Below are positions 54,803 through 64,000 of a stretch of 64,000 nucleotides of DNA, piece by piece. The translations under genes were made by a program, and so were the position numbers. Under the pieces are notes generated by a model. That model was not told the DNA's origin and did no database searches. It saw only the letters and a list, made by a program, of their open reading frames with translations. Numbering within the stretch: position 1 is the first letter of the stretch; the number at the start of each line of letters is the position of its first letter. The stretch comes from Candidatus Omnitrophota bacterium (GTDB taxonomy: Bacteria; Omnitrophota; Gorgyraeia; B26-G9). Where the stretch lies: positions 149,305-213,304 of the forward strand of contig JBDRJV010000022.1 of NCBI GenBank assembly GCA_043814605.1, in the 5' to 3' direction.

Positions 54803-56209
54803 TTATCGTATCGCCCCAATCATATAAAATATATTTTCATTTTTATCGTCAAATTCACCGCTAATAATCCTCTGACAGCTGTTTAAAGTATCTTCCAGTA
54901 ATACATATTCACCCTGGCGGCCGGTGTAGGATTCCGCGACAAAAAAAGGCTGTGTTAGAAAAAACTGTAATTTACGTGCTCTTTCATAGATTACCCGGTC
55001 ATTGGCAGCAAGTTCATCAATTCCGATAACCAAAACAATTTTACGTAATTCTTCATACCTTTGAAAAATTTTTAAAACTTTTTGTGCGATATCAAAATGT
55101 TTTTCTCCGATGATATTGGGATCAAGATTAGCACAACTAGACAGTAATGGATCAACTGCAGGATAAAGACCCAGTTGGACTTTTTCCCGGGAAAGAACAA
55201 TGACAGAATCCAAGAAACTGAATATTGCCACTACCGCCGGATCAGTTAAATCATCCGCTGGAACATAAACCGCTTCCATCGAAGTAATGGAACCGCCAGT
55301 TTCACCGGTTGAACGAATACGTTCATGAAATTCACTGGCTTCTGAAATTAATGTCGGCTGATAACCTGTTTCTGAAGGGACCCGGCCCAAAAGAGTAGAG
55401 ATTTCCTGTCCTGCCTGTAAAAACCGGAAGATATTATCCACAAATAAAAGCACATCTTTATTCTGTTTTTGAATATTCTCCGCTAAGGTCATCCCAGTCA
55501 TGGCCACCTCATAACGCGCTCCCGGCGGTTCGTTCATCTGACCAAAAACAATTTTCATTTTTGATAAAATATCATGACGGGAAAGCTCATGATAAAGCTC
55601 ATTCCCCTCACGCACACGTTCTCCGACTCCGGCAAACACACAATTACCTTTATGTCTTTTTACAATATGCTGAATAATTTCCAGGGTCAAAACACTTTTA
55701 CCCATCGCCGCTCCGCCTAAGATTCCATTTTTACTTCCTTTTATTAAAGGAAATAAAAGATCAAAGATCTTAATCCCGGTTTCCATAAATTCTGTGCTTT
55801 TTTTATCATTATTTTTACGCCTAATCTGCGTACCTTTTGACGGAATCCGGATAGCTTTAGTTTCTGTAGCTTTAATCGGCCCTTTTTGATCAATCGGCTC
55901 ACCTAAAACATTAATTAATCTTGTATACATTTCATCCCCAACTGGTATTTCAATTCCCCCGCCAGTTGCAAATCCAGCAGCATCTCTTTGCAAATTATGT
56001 GTAGAATTAATCGAAATACACCGTGCAATATTTCCCGGTAAATGTTCGGCAACCTCCAAAGTCACTTTTAACTCATCTACCGTGAATGTCTGGATAATAT
56101 CATAAACATTGGGCACATCTGCTTGTAATTCAAATTTAACATCCACAACCGGCCCTTGGACGGCAATCACCCGTCCTACCCCGCCTCTTTTTTTTCGATC
56201 AGTTTTCAT
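54803..56209 (-). CDS. atpD: F-type ATPase beta subunit (divergent)
   Basis: GGAAMGKS, GVGERVREG, GQMNEPPGAR, GYQPTL, YVPADDLTDP, YPAVDPL. Confidence 0.95.
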   Translation of the reverse strand: MKTDRKKRGGVGRVIAVQGPVVDVKFELQADVPNVYDIIQTFTVDELKVTLEVAEHLPGNIARCISINSTHNLQRDAAGFATGGGIEIPVGDEMYTRLINVLGEPIDQKGPIKATETKAIRIPSKGTQIRRKNNDKKSTEFMETGIKIFDLLFPLIKGSKNGILGGAAMGKSVLTLEIIQHIVKRHKGNCVFAGVGERVREGNELYHELSRHDILSKMKIVFGQMNEPPGARYEVAMTGMTLAENIQKQNKDVLLFVDNIFRFLQAGQEISTLLGRVPSETGYQPTLISEASEFHERIRSTGETGGSITSMEAVYVPADDLTDPAVVAIFSFLDSVIVLSREKVQLGLYPAVDPLLSSCANLDPNIIGEKHFDIAQKVLKIFQRYEELRKIVLVIGIDELAANDRVIYERARKLQFFLTQPFFVAESYTGRQGEYVLLEDTLNSCQRIISGEFDDKNENIFYMIGAIR

Positions 56210-57062
56210 TTAATGACCTCGCCGCATATAATTCTCTCATATTTTGATCAATGATTTCATGCCTGGCCCGAAAATACTGGTGCCTTAATTTTAAATCCAT
56301 TTCTTTTATTCTCTCTGAACAATTTTCTAAATGCATGAACCGTGCGGATTGTTCGGCTAAACGGCTTAAACCAAAAATTTCAAAAATCTTTTGTCCGATC
56401 CACAAAAAAATTAAATATTCAATAAGCTGTACTGGTTCGGACTCATAAATTATTTCAGACAAAAAACTTTTATCCGCTTTTTCCTCAATATTTTCCTCCA
56501 AAGCAGCCGGAATAAGCTGAATAACTTCAATCCGTTGTGCAGTAAACGAAACAGCCCGGGGATAAACTATTTTTACTTTACCAAATTTTCCTTCTAAAAC
56601 ATTATTTACTAAATAATCCCTGATTGTTAAAGATTGATTTAATCTTTGTTCATCCGTAATCCCCGGAAAATTCGCATATGCCATTTTCCGGTCATTTAAA
56701 TAAAGCTGTCCGCGTTTACCTACAATAATTAATTTGTCTCCTTTTTCTGGTTCTAATAAAGACATTGCCCGTATTATAACTTGCGCATTTAATCCGCCTA
56801 ATAATCCTGCATCTGTAGTTACGGCAACAAATCCTGTTGCCTTATTTTTACTATTAATAAAAGGATGGTTAATATCAGTGATGCTTTCGCTGTAAAACCA
56901 TTTAAATATCCCCGCCACTGCATTTAAATAAACACTGTAATTTTTTATTTTTTTGTCTAAAATCTGATATTGCGCCGCAGCAATCAATTTAAGCACCTCG
57001 ATTAAAGACGCTAATGATTTATAAAATTCTACATCACTTTTAAGCTGCGCAACAGGAATCAT
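56199..57062 (-). CDS. atpG: F-type ATPase gamma subunit (divergent)
   Basis: VTTDAGLLGGLN, AEQSARF..L, ARHEIIDQNMRE. Confidence 0.88.
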   Translation of the reverse strand: MIPVAQLKSDVEFYKSLASLIEVLKLIAAAQYQILDKKIKNYSVYLNAVAGIFKWFYSESITDINHPFINSKNKATGFVAVTTDAGLLGGLNAQVIIRAMSLLEPEKGDKLIIVGKRGQLYLNDRKMAYANFPGITDEQRLNQSLTIRDYLVNNVLEGKFGKVKIVYPRAVSFTAQRIEVIQLIPAALEENIEEKADKSFLSEIIYESEPVQLIEYLIFLWIGQKIFEIFGLSRLAEQSARFMHLENCSERIKEMDLKLRHQYFRARHEIIDQNMRELYAARSLNEN

Positions 57063-57065
57063 TTA

Positions 57066-58559
57066 TTAACCCTCTTTTAATGAGCTTGAATAAAACTGTA
57101 TTGATTCTTCCAGATTAGCAATGCTCTCATCAATAATAATTTTACTTCTGCGTATTTCTTGCGGTAAAGCGGGAAACCACTCGCATATTTTTTTATAAAA
57201 ATCAGTTTTGAAATACTTTCTTTCATCATAGGTTAAATCATCTAAAATTCCCCGGTTTAAAGCGTACATGTCAATAATTTGATGTTCCATAGAAACCGGG
57301 CGGTCTTTTTCCTGGATAAATAATTCGGTAATTACTTCTCCCCGGCGTAATTTTTTCTCTGCATCTTTAGACAAATCCGTAGTTCTTAACTGTGTCATTT
57401 GTACAAGTTCTTTATATTGCAAAAATTCTAGACGCAAAGTCTGGCTTGAACCTTTCATTGCCGGCCACTGTGCCCGGTTTCCGATACGGGAAACTGAAAG
57501 CCCGACATCAATCGCCGGGCGCTGTCCTTTATTAAATAAAGCTGTGCTGAAATAAATTTGTCCATCAGTCATGGAAACAAGGTTAGTCGGAATATACCCT
57601 GTAACATCGCCTTGCAATGTTTCCACAATCGGTAAAAACGTCATTGCCCCGCCGCCCAGTTCTTTATTTAATTGTGCAGCTCTTTCCATAAGCTGTGAAT
57701 GCAGATAAAAAATATCTCCGGGATATGCTTCTCTTCCCGGAGCGCGGTTAAATAATAAACAAATTTGGCGGTAAACCCAAGCATGCCTAGTTAAATCATC
57801 AAAAACAACCAGTACATCTTTGCCCTGCCTCATAAAATATTCACCTAACATTGCCGCAGAATACGGCGCTAAATACTGTTCTCCTACTGAAGTCGAAGCT
57901 ACCCCGCTAACAATAATTGAATAATCCATTACGCCTTTCTCATAAAAAAGATCAATCGTCCTGAGTAAACTAGAATAAGTTTTACCGATACAGCAATAAA
58001 TGCAAATAATACCTTTATCTTTTTGATTAATCATTGCATCTGTAACTACTGTAGTTTTCCCGGTTTGTCTGTCTCCGACAAGTAATTGACGCTGCCCCCA
58101 GGCTAAAGGCATTAAAGTATCGATAATTCGGGTGCCTGATTCCAGGGTTCTTTCTACCGTAGACCGGTCCATAACACCTGGGGCATCTTTAAAAACCGGA
58201 TACATTTCATCACTCTCAATAGGGCCTTTCCCGTCAACAGGTTCACATAAGGCATTTACTATCCTGCCCACAAATTTATCCCCGACTGGCTGAAACAAAG
58301 CTTTAGCTTTACTATAAACTTTATCTCCGGCTCTTATTTGCGCTTTTGGTCCAAGCATAAGAATTTGCACGTCCTTTTCCGTAAACCCCATAACTATTCC
58401 CCTTAGCCCACTATCAAATTCCACTATTTGACCATTAACACAGGAAGGCATATTTTCGGCGAGCACAACAAATTCTCTTACTGATTTGACCACCCCAATT
58501 TCTTTAATATCAAATTGAATAACTCCTGGGTTATTGTTTTTCTTGGGCGAGAGACTCAC
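57066..58559 (-). CDS. atpA: F-type ATPase alpha subunit (divergent)
   Basis: GDRQTGKT, PGREAYPGDIFYLHS, YIPTNLVSMTDGQI, SVSRIG; probable GTG start 58559 after GGAGG. Confidence 0.95.
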   Translation of the reverse strand: MSLSPKKNNNPGVIQFDIKEIGVVKSVREFVVLAENMPSCVNGQIVEFDSGLRGIVMGFTEKDVQILMLGPKAQIRAGDKVYSKAKALFQPVGDKFVGRIVNALCEPVDGKGPIESDEMYPVFKDAPGVMDRSTVERTLESGTRIIDTLMPLAWGQRQLLVGDRQTGKTTVVTDAMINQKDKGIICIYCCIGKTYSSLLRTIDLFYEKGVMDYSIIVSGVASTSVGEQYLAPYSAAMLGEYFMRQGKDVLVVFDDLTRHAWVYRQICLLFNRAPGREAYPGDIFYLHSQLMERAAQLNKELGGGAMTFLPIVETLQGDVTGYIPTNLVSMTDGQIYFSTALFNKGQRPAIDVGLSVSRIGNRAQWPAMKGSSQTLRLEFLQYKELVQMTQLRTTDLSKDAEKKLRRGEVITELFIQEKDRPVSMEHQIIDMYALNRGILDDLTYDERKYFKTDFYKKICEWFPALPQEIRRSKIIIDESIANLEESIQFYSSSLKEG

Positions 58560-59265
58560 GCACAACCTCCGTAATCTTAGAAGTAAAACTACCGTCAAAA
58601 ATCAAATTTCCTACGGTAATTACCATCCCCGCAATTAAATCATCTTTGACTGTTTCCTTAATTTTTATATCAATCTCTAAACTCTCTTTGAATTTTTTCT
58701 CAATCTCTTGTTTTTGTTTTTTATTTAAAGCAAACGCCGTAAAAACTTCTATTTCTTTAATTTTATCCGGAATTCTTAACCGGCTCAAATCACTTAATCC
58801 GTCAGAAATTAAGGCTTCAATCCACTCTTGATGCATGATTTTACGGATTTCTTCGGAAATAACTCTACAAATCAAATCACTGGAACGTTTAATTGCTTCC
58901 TTATCAATTTGCTCCTGCAACTGGGATCTTATATTTTCACAGGTTTTTTGAGCACGATCAAGTAAATCTTCGCTTTCTTTATGCGCCGCATCGATAATTT
59001 TATCCCGTTCGGCTTCAGTTTCTTTTACTGCTTTTTCTTTTAAATCCGCTGCTTCCCGCTTTGCTTTTCGTATCATATCCTGATATTGCTCTTCTGACTC
59101 TTCCAATTTTTTCTTTATTTCCTCTTGTTTTTCACTGTTGTCTTGAATCATTCCCTGTAAATGAGAAGTAGCATTAGTCACATTACTTTTAAGAAAATAC
59201 CGTAAAAAGAAGGCAAGTCCTGCAAAAATTATTACCTGTAAAAGAATTATACTGATTATAAACAT
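58531..59265 (-). CDS. atpF: Fused F-type ATPase b-delta subunit
   Basis: N-terminal TM, long b-type coiled coil, C-terminal delta-like VFTAFAL...LIAGMVITVGNLIFDGS. Confidence 0.85.
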   Translation of the reverse strand: MFIISIILLQVIIFAGLAFFLRYFLKSNVTNATSHLQGMIQDNSEKQEEIKKKLEESEEQYQDMIRKAKREAADLKEKAVKETEAERDKIIDAAHKESEDLLDRAQKTCENIRSQLQEQIDKEAIKRSSDLICRVISEEIRKIMHQEWIEALISDGLSDLSRLRIPDKIKEIEVFTAFALNKKQKQEIEKKFKESLEIDIKIKETVKDDLIAGMVITVGNLIFDGSFTSKITEVVRESLAQEKQ

Positions 59266-59449
59266 TTTTTTTCCTTTTCCTTAATCTCGAACCCGTTATG
59301 GGTAAGAGATATTTATTAGTCTCACCACAGTTTACTGCGTGATATTCACTGGGTGGATAAATTAACTTCCTTGTTAAAAATTTTTGTTCTTTTTTTTAAA
59401 TTCTTATTAACTATTTTTTTAGTTAAATATTAAAAAAATAATACCTGTT

Positions 59450-59668
59450 TTACGCTGTCATAAATAACTGATAAACAATCAGCATTGCCACAATTGCCAG
59501 GGCCTCGGCAAAAATTAATGTTATGGTCATAGCTGTAAAAATTTTTGGTGCAGCCGACGGATTTCTGCCTAAAGCATTAATACTGGCAAATGCCGCAACT
59601 GCCATCACCCCAGTCGGGCCTAAAATACACAAACTAAACACCAATAATAAAATAATTTGTCGTGCCAC
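59450..59668 (-). CDS. atpE: F-type ATPase c subunit (divergent inner helix)
   Basis: Two TM helices, RNP loop, IFAEALAI with the conserved Glu; GTG start with GGAGG. Confidence 0.88.
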   Translation of the reverse strand: MARQIILLLVFSLCILGPTGVMAVAAFASINALGRNPSAAPKIFTAMTITLIFAEALAIVAMLIVYQLFMTA

Positions 59669-59706
59669 AATCCCTCCAAAAAATTAGCCCATTACTAATC
59701 GTCAAC

Positions 59707-59970
59707 TTATATTTGATCTGCCTTTTTGCTTTCCTTTTCAATAATTATCATTACCCGATTATTACCAACCTGGGCAACTCCTCTATATATAGGAAACAAC
59801 TCCTCATCAATAATAATTGTCCCGGAAATTAAACGGCTTAAAAGTTGTTTATGAAACGGTAAGACTTCAAAAACCCCACTTTCCCCTGGTAAAATAACCC
59901 GATTAGCCCGGCCTTGCCAAACTGTTTTTTCCGGGCTTAACACAGTAACATCCAATATTTTATCTGCCAT
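59707..59970 (-). CDS. atpC: F-type ATPase epsilon subunit, N-terminal domain only
   Basis: VLSPEK.VWQG, LPGESGVFEVLPFH; 87 aa. Confidence 0.88.
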   Translation of the reverse strand: MADKILDVTVLSPEKTVWQGRANRVILPGESGVFEVLPFHKQLLSRLISGTIIIDEELFPIYRGVAQVGNNRVMIIIEKESKKADQI

Positions 59971-60100
59971 ACAATTTCAGCCATGAAATTGAGTTTATAA
60001 GTTAAAGTGCATAAGTGTGCAGAATATTATTCGTACACACTTATACACTTATATACTCACAAACTAACTCCTGTCTGCCTCCCTGCATTTTATTTTATCT

Positions 60101-63100
60101 TTATTCCTTTTTTTCTTTTTTAATCTTCACCTGTTCTTCTTCCGGAAAAGAGAATTGTTTTGCTTTAGCAATATCATATCCTAATTTAGCCTTGCGATGC
60201 CAGGTAAAGAAGAATACCCCGGCTAAGAGACCAATAAACAGAATTATCGTCAGAATAATTTTCCAAGTCATTGCCCGGGTTAATGCTCCGATTTCATCCG
60301 GTTTTTCAATAATCAATTTTTCCATATCTGTTAATTCTGTTTTTAAAGACTCAACTGTCTTGATATTTACCCGATACGCGCCAATATGCTGCGCCCGGCT
60401 TAAGCTAATATCATTCTGATTCTTTAAAATATTATCTACTGTCAGGTAAACTTTCTCCGCAAGAATAGTGGCGACTTTTTCCTGCTCTGTGCCTTCCATA
60501 ATGCTGACTAGTTTAGTTGCCCGTTTTTTCATCACATCTAAAGCTGTCTGAGGAATACTCCAAATATCTTCAATCTCTACCTTAAAAACACGAATTTCTT
60601 TTGGAGCTAAATCAATATTTTGTTTATACACATAATATATTGATTTATCGGCATCAAATTCAAGCTCTAACCCGCCTAAATCCATAACATCTTTTGGGGT
60701 TACTTCCTGCGGCAGATATACTTTTACCTGAGTAGTCTGCGGTTTAACCTCTGACGGATTAGCCGCAATCACATTAACAATCAAACTTCCGGTTGATAAT
60801 GAAGTGGAAACCACTGGCTCATCTTCCATACCCCCGAGTTTATGCTGCAAAAGCTGCTGAATAAAGTTTACCATTGTTTTAATATTTTCTGATTTCTTCT
60901 TCAACTCTAAGATTGTCGGAGACTTGCCCAATGCTTCCTCAACTATAGACGAAATATCATAACCCTGGTCACCGGCTAATTCCGTTAAGCGTTCTGCCAT
61001 TTCATTTAAGGAATCCGCCAGTTTTCCGCTTGGCCCTTCATCTCTTAAAACCCGCGGTAAATCATCAATAGATTCTTGCAAACTAACCAAAGCACCTCCG
61101 ACATCTCCACCTTTGGCTAAGGTTTTTCTTAATTCTTCAACCATTTCCAGGGTATCATCAACAACAGATTTTACCTGCGGTACGCTGGAAGCTAACCCTT
61201 CAATAGAAGTGAGTGTTGTTGATTCAACCATAACTGAACCCGCCTGGAGGTTTCCGGTTGTATGTTCAGTTACTACAATGGAGAATGCTTTACCCGGCAT
61301 AAATTGTTTTCCATCTACAAAGATGTCATATCCGTAGAGTCCTCTGGTAATTACAGATTCAATTAATGGTACGCCGTTAAACACTTTTGTCCCGTCGTAG
61401 GTTGTAACTTCCATAAGCGGCATTAACCCTGAAGCAATACGGTAACGAACTTCAACTGTCCCGCCGATTAATACAGAATCAGGAATAATTAATTCCCCGG
61501 ACTGGCGTTTAGCAATTGTTTCCAGTTCTTGTCCAGCTTGTGTTGCCTGATCCGCACCCGCTTGCAGCTGCTCAATAACCTCTTCGCTTCTTTCCTCAAA
61601 ACTGGATAAGGTTTGATCTACTGATTCCTGCATTTGTGTCGTTTTTGTATCAATAATTGTAATCTGTTCATCCATTTTTGTTTCAATCAATTCTTTTTGA
61701 TCAGCTAATCCTGTATCAATTTTATTTGCTACCAAAGTCTGGAATGTCGGCAAAGTCGAATCACGCATTTCTTCAACTGCATCCTGCGTATCACGCATTT
61801 GTCTTGATTCTGTAATACTAAATGATGTCGGAGTTCTAAATTGCGCACCCGATGCGTTGATAATGATTGTCACTGCGGTATAAACTACGCCATCTTCCAA
61901 TCCTGTGGGAGCATTCCAAACCAGGTTAAAAAATCCTTCTTCATTCGGGCTGGTTGATGTTAAAGTTTTAATTTGTGCACCAGTATCATTATAAATCTTA
62001 ATCTCTACACTTTCTGCACCAGAAACAGCAAAACCGTCTCGTTCCAGCCATGAACTTGCTTTTAACTGATCATTATTGGAATCATAGGTGAATTCAGCAT
62101 AAGCACGCCAGATATGGATAACTGTTGTTTCCATAAAAATAGTATCTAATGTTTTATCCGTATTACATTCAAAACTAAACTGCTTATCTCCGTAACCTAC
62201 TTTAGACCAGACAGCCGTCCAGAATCCGTAAGGTAATTCCACAGTTACCGGTGATCCTAAGTCCGCTCCTGGGTTATTCGGCATAGTAGCAGCAGCCCAA
62301 ATATCCCCTAAGTTAGAAGTTGCATCAACAGCTAATGCCCCAAGATCTTCATTGGTTAATAAATCACGGATTGTCCAGGTAATCGAGTAGTAATCAATTG
62401 TAAAATCAGCATCTGAATCATCATATACAGAAATATCTCGATTATCAAAAATGCGTACCCGAACACTTGTTGAACGGTCATCCGGAACACTCCAGGCATA
62501 AGAATTAGTGTTGCTTAAAGATAAGGTTATTACATTAACATTGGAAACAAAATTATCTTTTGAATATTGTAACTGAACATCGGGAATTGTTCCGGTTGTG
62601 GTCCAGGTAATATTTCTTGATTCGCGGGTAATCCAGCGTTCTGCGCCATTGGGGCTGGTAATCACTAAGTTGCCGCGAATTGTAAAATCACTATTAGAAA
62701 TATCATAAACAGTATCATCATTTGGATCTTCTACTTTTACCCGAGCAGTTAAGCTAATATTGTTAGGAATTGTCCAGGTATAACTGTATGTTCCGCCGGC
62801 ACCGCTGCCATTAGGGGCACTAGAAGTAATCACATTTGAAAAACTCACGCCGCTATTTATTGAGTAACTTATTTTTGCTAAAGGTAATGTTCCCCCCCAA
62901 GTCCAGCTAATATTATGTACTGAACCCACAATCCACGCTTCTGCACCATTGGGAGAATTAACTGTAAAGAATCCTTGAATACGGAAATCAGCATCAGAAT
63001 CATCATATACTGTTGCATCAGCAGCATCTAAAACTCTTACGCGTGCTTTTGCCGTGGCTGTATCCGGGACAGTCCAGGCATAGGTATTAGTATTTAGTGT

Positions 63101-64000
63101 GCTTACGGTAACTATATTCGGATACGAAACTCCTGAATCTGTTGAGTATAGAATTTGCACATTGGCAATAGTTCCGGTTGTATTCCAGGTAATATTACTC
63201 ACCTGGTTAATTGCCCATTTTTCTGCTCCGTTAGGAGAGGTTACGGCAATCGCACCTTTGATTTTAAAACTAGCATCCGATATATCATAAGCATCACTAT
63301 CTGTAGAACTCCTCACTCTGACTTTTACATTTGTTGAAATTGCATCTGGTATTGTTGGCCAAATATGCGTACCGTCATTCGCAGTGCTGCCAATAATTGC
63401 TGTAGAACTAGAAAAATCATTTATAGAATAATGTAAATCTACAATACTCACCGTACCTAACACACTCCAGGTTATTTCAAAAGAATCATTTACCGTGAGA
63501 ATTTCTCCGCCGTTAGGCGTCAAGAGAGTAAAATCAGCTCTGATCTTAGCATTAGCATTAGAAATATCATAAGCAGTTGAATCTCCTAAGTCGCTGACTT
63601 TAACTCTCAACTGCGGGGTAATATCATCCGGAATAAGCCAAGCATATGTTCCGGTATTATTGGTGGCAGTAATAATATTCGGATAACTTGCTCCGCCGTC
63701 TTTTGAATATTCGATTTTTACCTCAGAAACTGTTCCCTGCCAAGTCCAGGTAATGTTTTCCGTTGAATTTACATCCCACATTTCCCCGCCGTTAGGTGCG
63801 GTAACTGTAAAAGCTGCGGTAATTTTAAAACTGGCATTAGAATCATCATATGCTCCCGGATCATTAGTATCCGATATTCTAATTTTTACATTACTAGAAA
63901 TAGAGTCCGGAATAGTCCAAGCATAACTTCCGGTGTTCGCTCCATTATCAACAACTGTGTGGAAATCTGTGACAAAATTATCCAGTGAGTAAACAATCCT
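60101..64000 (-). CDS. Giant membrane-anchored repeat protein (5'-partial, >1299 aa)
   Basis: Frame stays open beyond 63781 to the window end. More than five ~95-aa repeats (PNGxE.W...ITW...YS.D...Y.W.[IV]PD...RVRV.D...D.SDA.F.I), then helical/coiled-coil segments and a C-terminal TM (WKIILTIILFIGLLAGVFFFTW) with a short charged tail. Confidence 0.92.
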   Translation of the reverse strand, partial: RIVYSLDNFVTDFHTVVDNGANTGSYAWTIPDSISSNVKIRISDTNDPGAYDDSNASFKITAAFTVTAPNGGEMWDVNSTENITWTWQGTVSEVKIEYSKDGGASYPNIITATNNTGTYAWLIPDDITPQLRVKVSDLGDSTAYDISNANAKIRADFTLLTPNGGEILTVNDSFEITWSVLGTVSIVDLHYSINDFSSSTAIIGSTANDGTHIWPTIPDAISTNVKVRVRSSTDSDAYDISDASFKIKGAIAVTSPNGAEKWAINQVSNITWNTTGTIANVQILYSTDSGVSYPNIVTVSTLNTNTYAWTVPDTATAKARVRVLDAADATVYDDSDADFRIQGFFTVNSPNGAEAWIVGSVHNISWTWGGTLPLAKISYSINSGVSFSNVITSSAPNGSGAGGTYSYTWTIPNNISLTARVKVEDPNDDTVYDISNSDFTIRGNLVITSPNGAERWITRESRNITWTTTGTIPDVQLQYSKDNFVSNVNVITLSLSNTNSYAWSVPDDRSTSVRVRIFDNRDISVYDDSDADFTIDYYSITWTIRDLLTNEDLGALAVDATSNLGDIWAAATMPNNPGADLGSPVTVELPYGFWTAVWSKVGYGDKQFSFECNTDKTLDTIFMETTVIHIWRAYAEFTYDSNNDQLKASSWLERDGFAVSGAESVEIKIYNDTGAQIKTLTSTSPNEEGFFNLVWNAPTGLEDGVVYTAVTIIINASGAQFRTPTSFSITESRQMRDTQDAVEEMRDSTLPTFQTLVANKIDTGLADQKELIETKMDEQITIIDTKTTQMQESVDQTLSSFEERSEEVIEQLQAGADQATQAGQELETIAKRQSGELIIPDSVLIGGTVEVRYRIASGLMPLMEVTTYDGTKVFNGVPLIESVITRGLYGYDIFVDGKQFMPGKAFSIVVTEHTTGNLQAGSVMVESTTLTSIEGLASSVPQVKSVVDDTLEMVEELRKTLAKGGDVGGALVSLQESIDDLPRVLRDEGPSGKLADSLNEMAERLTELAGDQGYDISSIVEEALGKSPTILELKKKSENIKTMVNFIQQLLQHKLGGMEDEPVVSTSLSTGSLIVNVIAANPSEVKPQTTQVKVYLPQEVTPKDVMDLGGLELEFDADKSIYYVYKQNIDLAPKEIRVFKVEIEDIWSIPQTALDVMKKRATKLVSIMEGTEQEKVATILAEKVYLTVDNILKNQNDISLSRAQHIGAYRVNIKTVESLKTELTDMEKLIIEKPDEIGALTRAMTWKIILTIILFIGLLAGVFFFTWHRKAKLGYDIAKAKQFSFPEEEQVKIKKEKKE

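Noticed and set aside
59266-59449. c-di-GMP riboswitch, tRNA or hidden subunit-a gene
   Set aside because: No GEMM or tRNA consensus recognised by eye; far too short for subunit a
54803-59970. N-ATPase
   Set aside because: Shares the b-delta fusion but lacks subunit a, atpQ/atpR and the beta-epsilon-first gene order

Overview
AT-rich bacterial window in which every credible gene lies on the minus strand. Gene content (Amuc_1098-1101-like pilus cluster, E-DUF2764-A-B-D-I-K V-ATPase, giant repeat protein) suggests the PVC superphylum, probably Ca. Omnitrophota; this is inference. In transcription order (right to left) it holds: the 3' end of a giant membrane-anchored repeat protein; a divergent F-type ATPase cluster (epsilon, c, b-delta, alpha, gamma, beta) with no subunit a; a T2SS-like cluster (GspE-PilZ, GspF(N)-PilZ chimera, GspF, Zn-peptidase, G, I, J, K, L/PilMN, M/PilO); pgk-pseudopilin-tpiA; a type IV pilus cluster (PilB, PilT, PilB, PilC, PilMN, Amuc_1100-like, PilP-like, secretin); housekeeping genes from polA to rnhB; ygfA-rny-ymdB; a complete Na+-type V-ATPase; and accessory genes. 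There are three main candidates for new biology. (1) The a-less rotary ATPase sits between a giant adhesin-like gene and a secretion machine. (2) Three dispersed, otherwise unrelated exported proteins share a signal peptide plus L[SA]PxxxI tag; the two whose C-termini are visible share an I-x-x-[SA]-I end, and two share a 71-bp promoter/operator module. (3) A GspF(N)-PilZ chimera apparently arose by duplication of the gspE/gspF junction. A modular palindromic repeat family, a 4x47-bp tandem repeat (not CRISPR), a MITE-like hairpin and heptamer arrays are also present. No rRNA, tRNA, transposase or cas genes were recognised.
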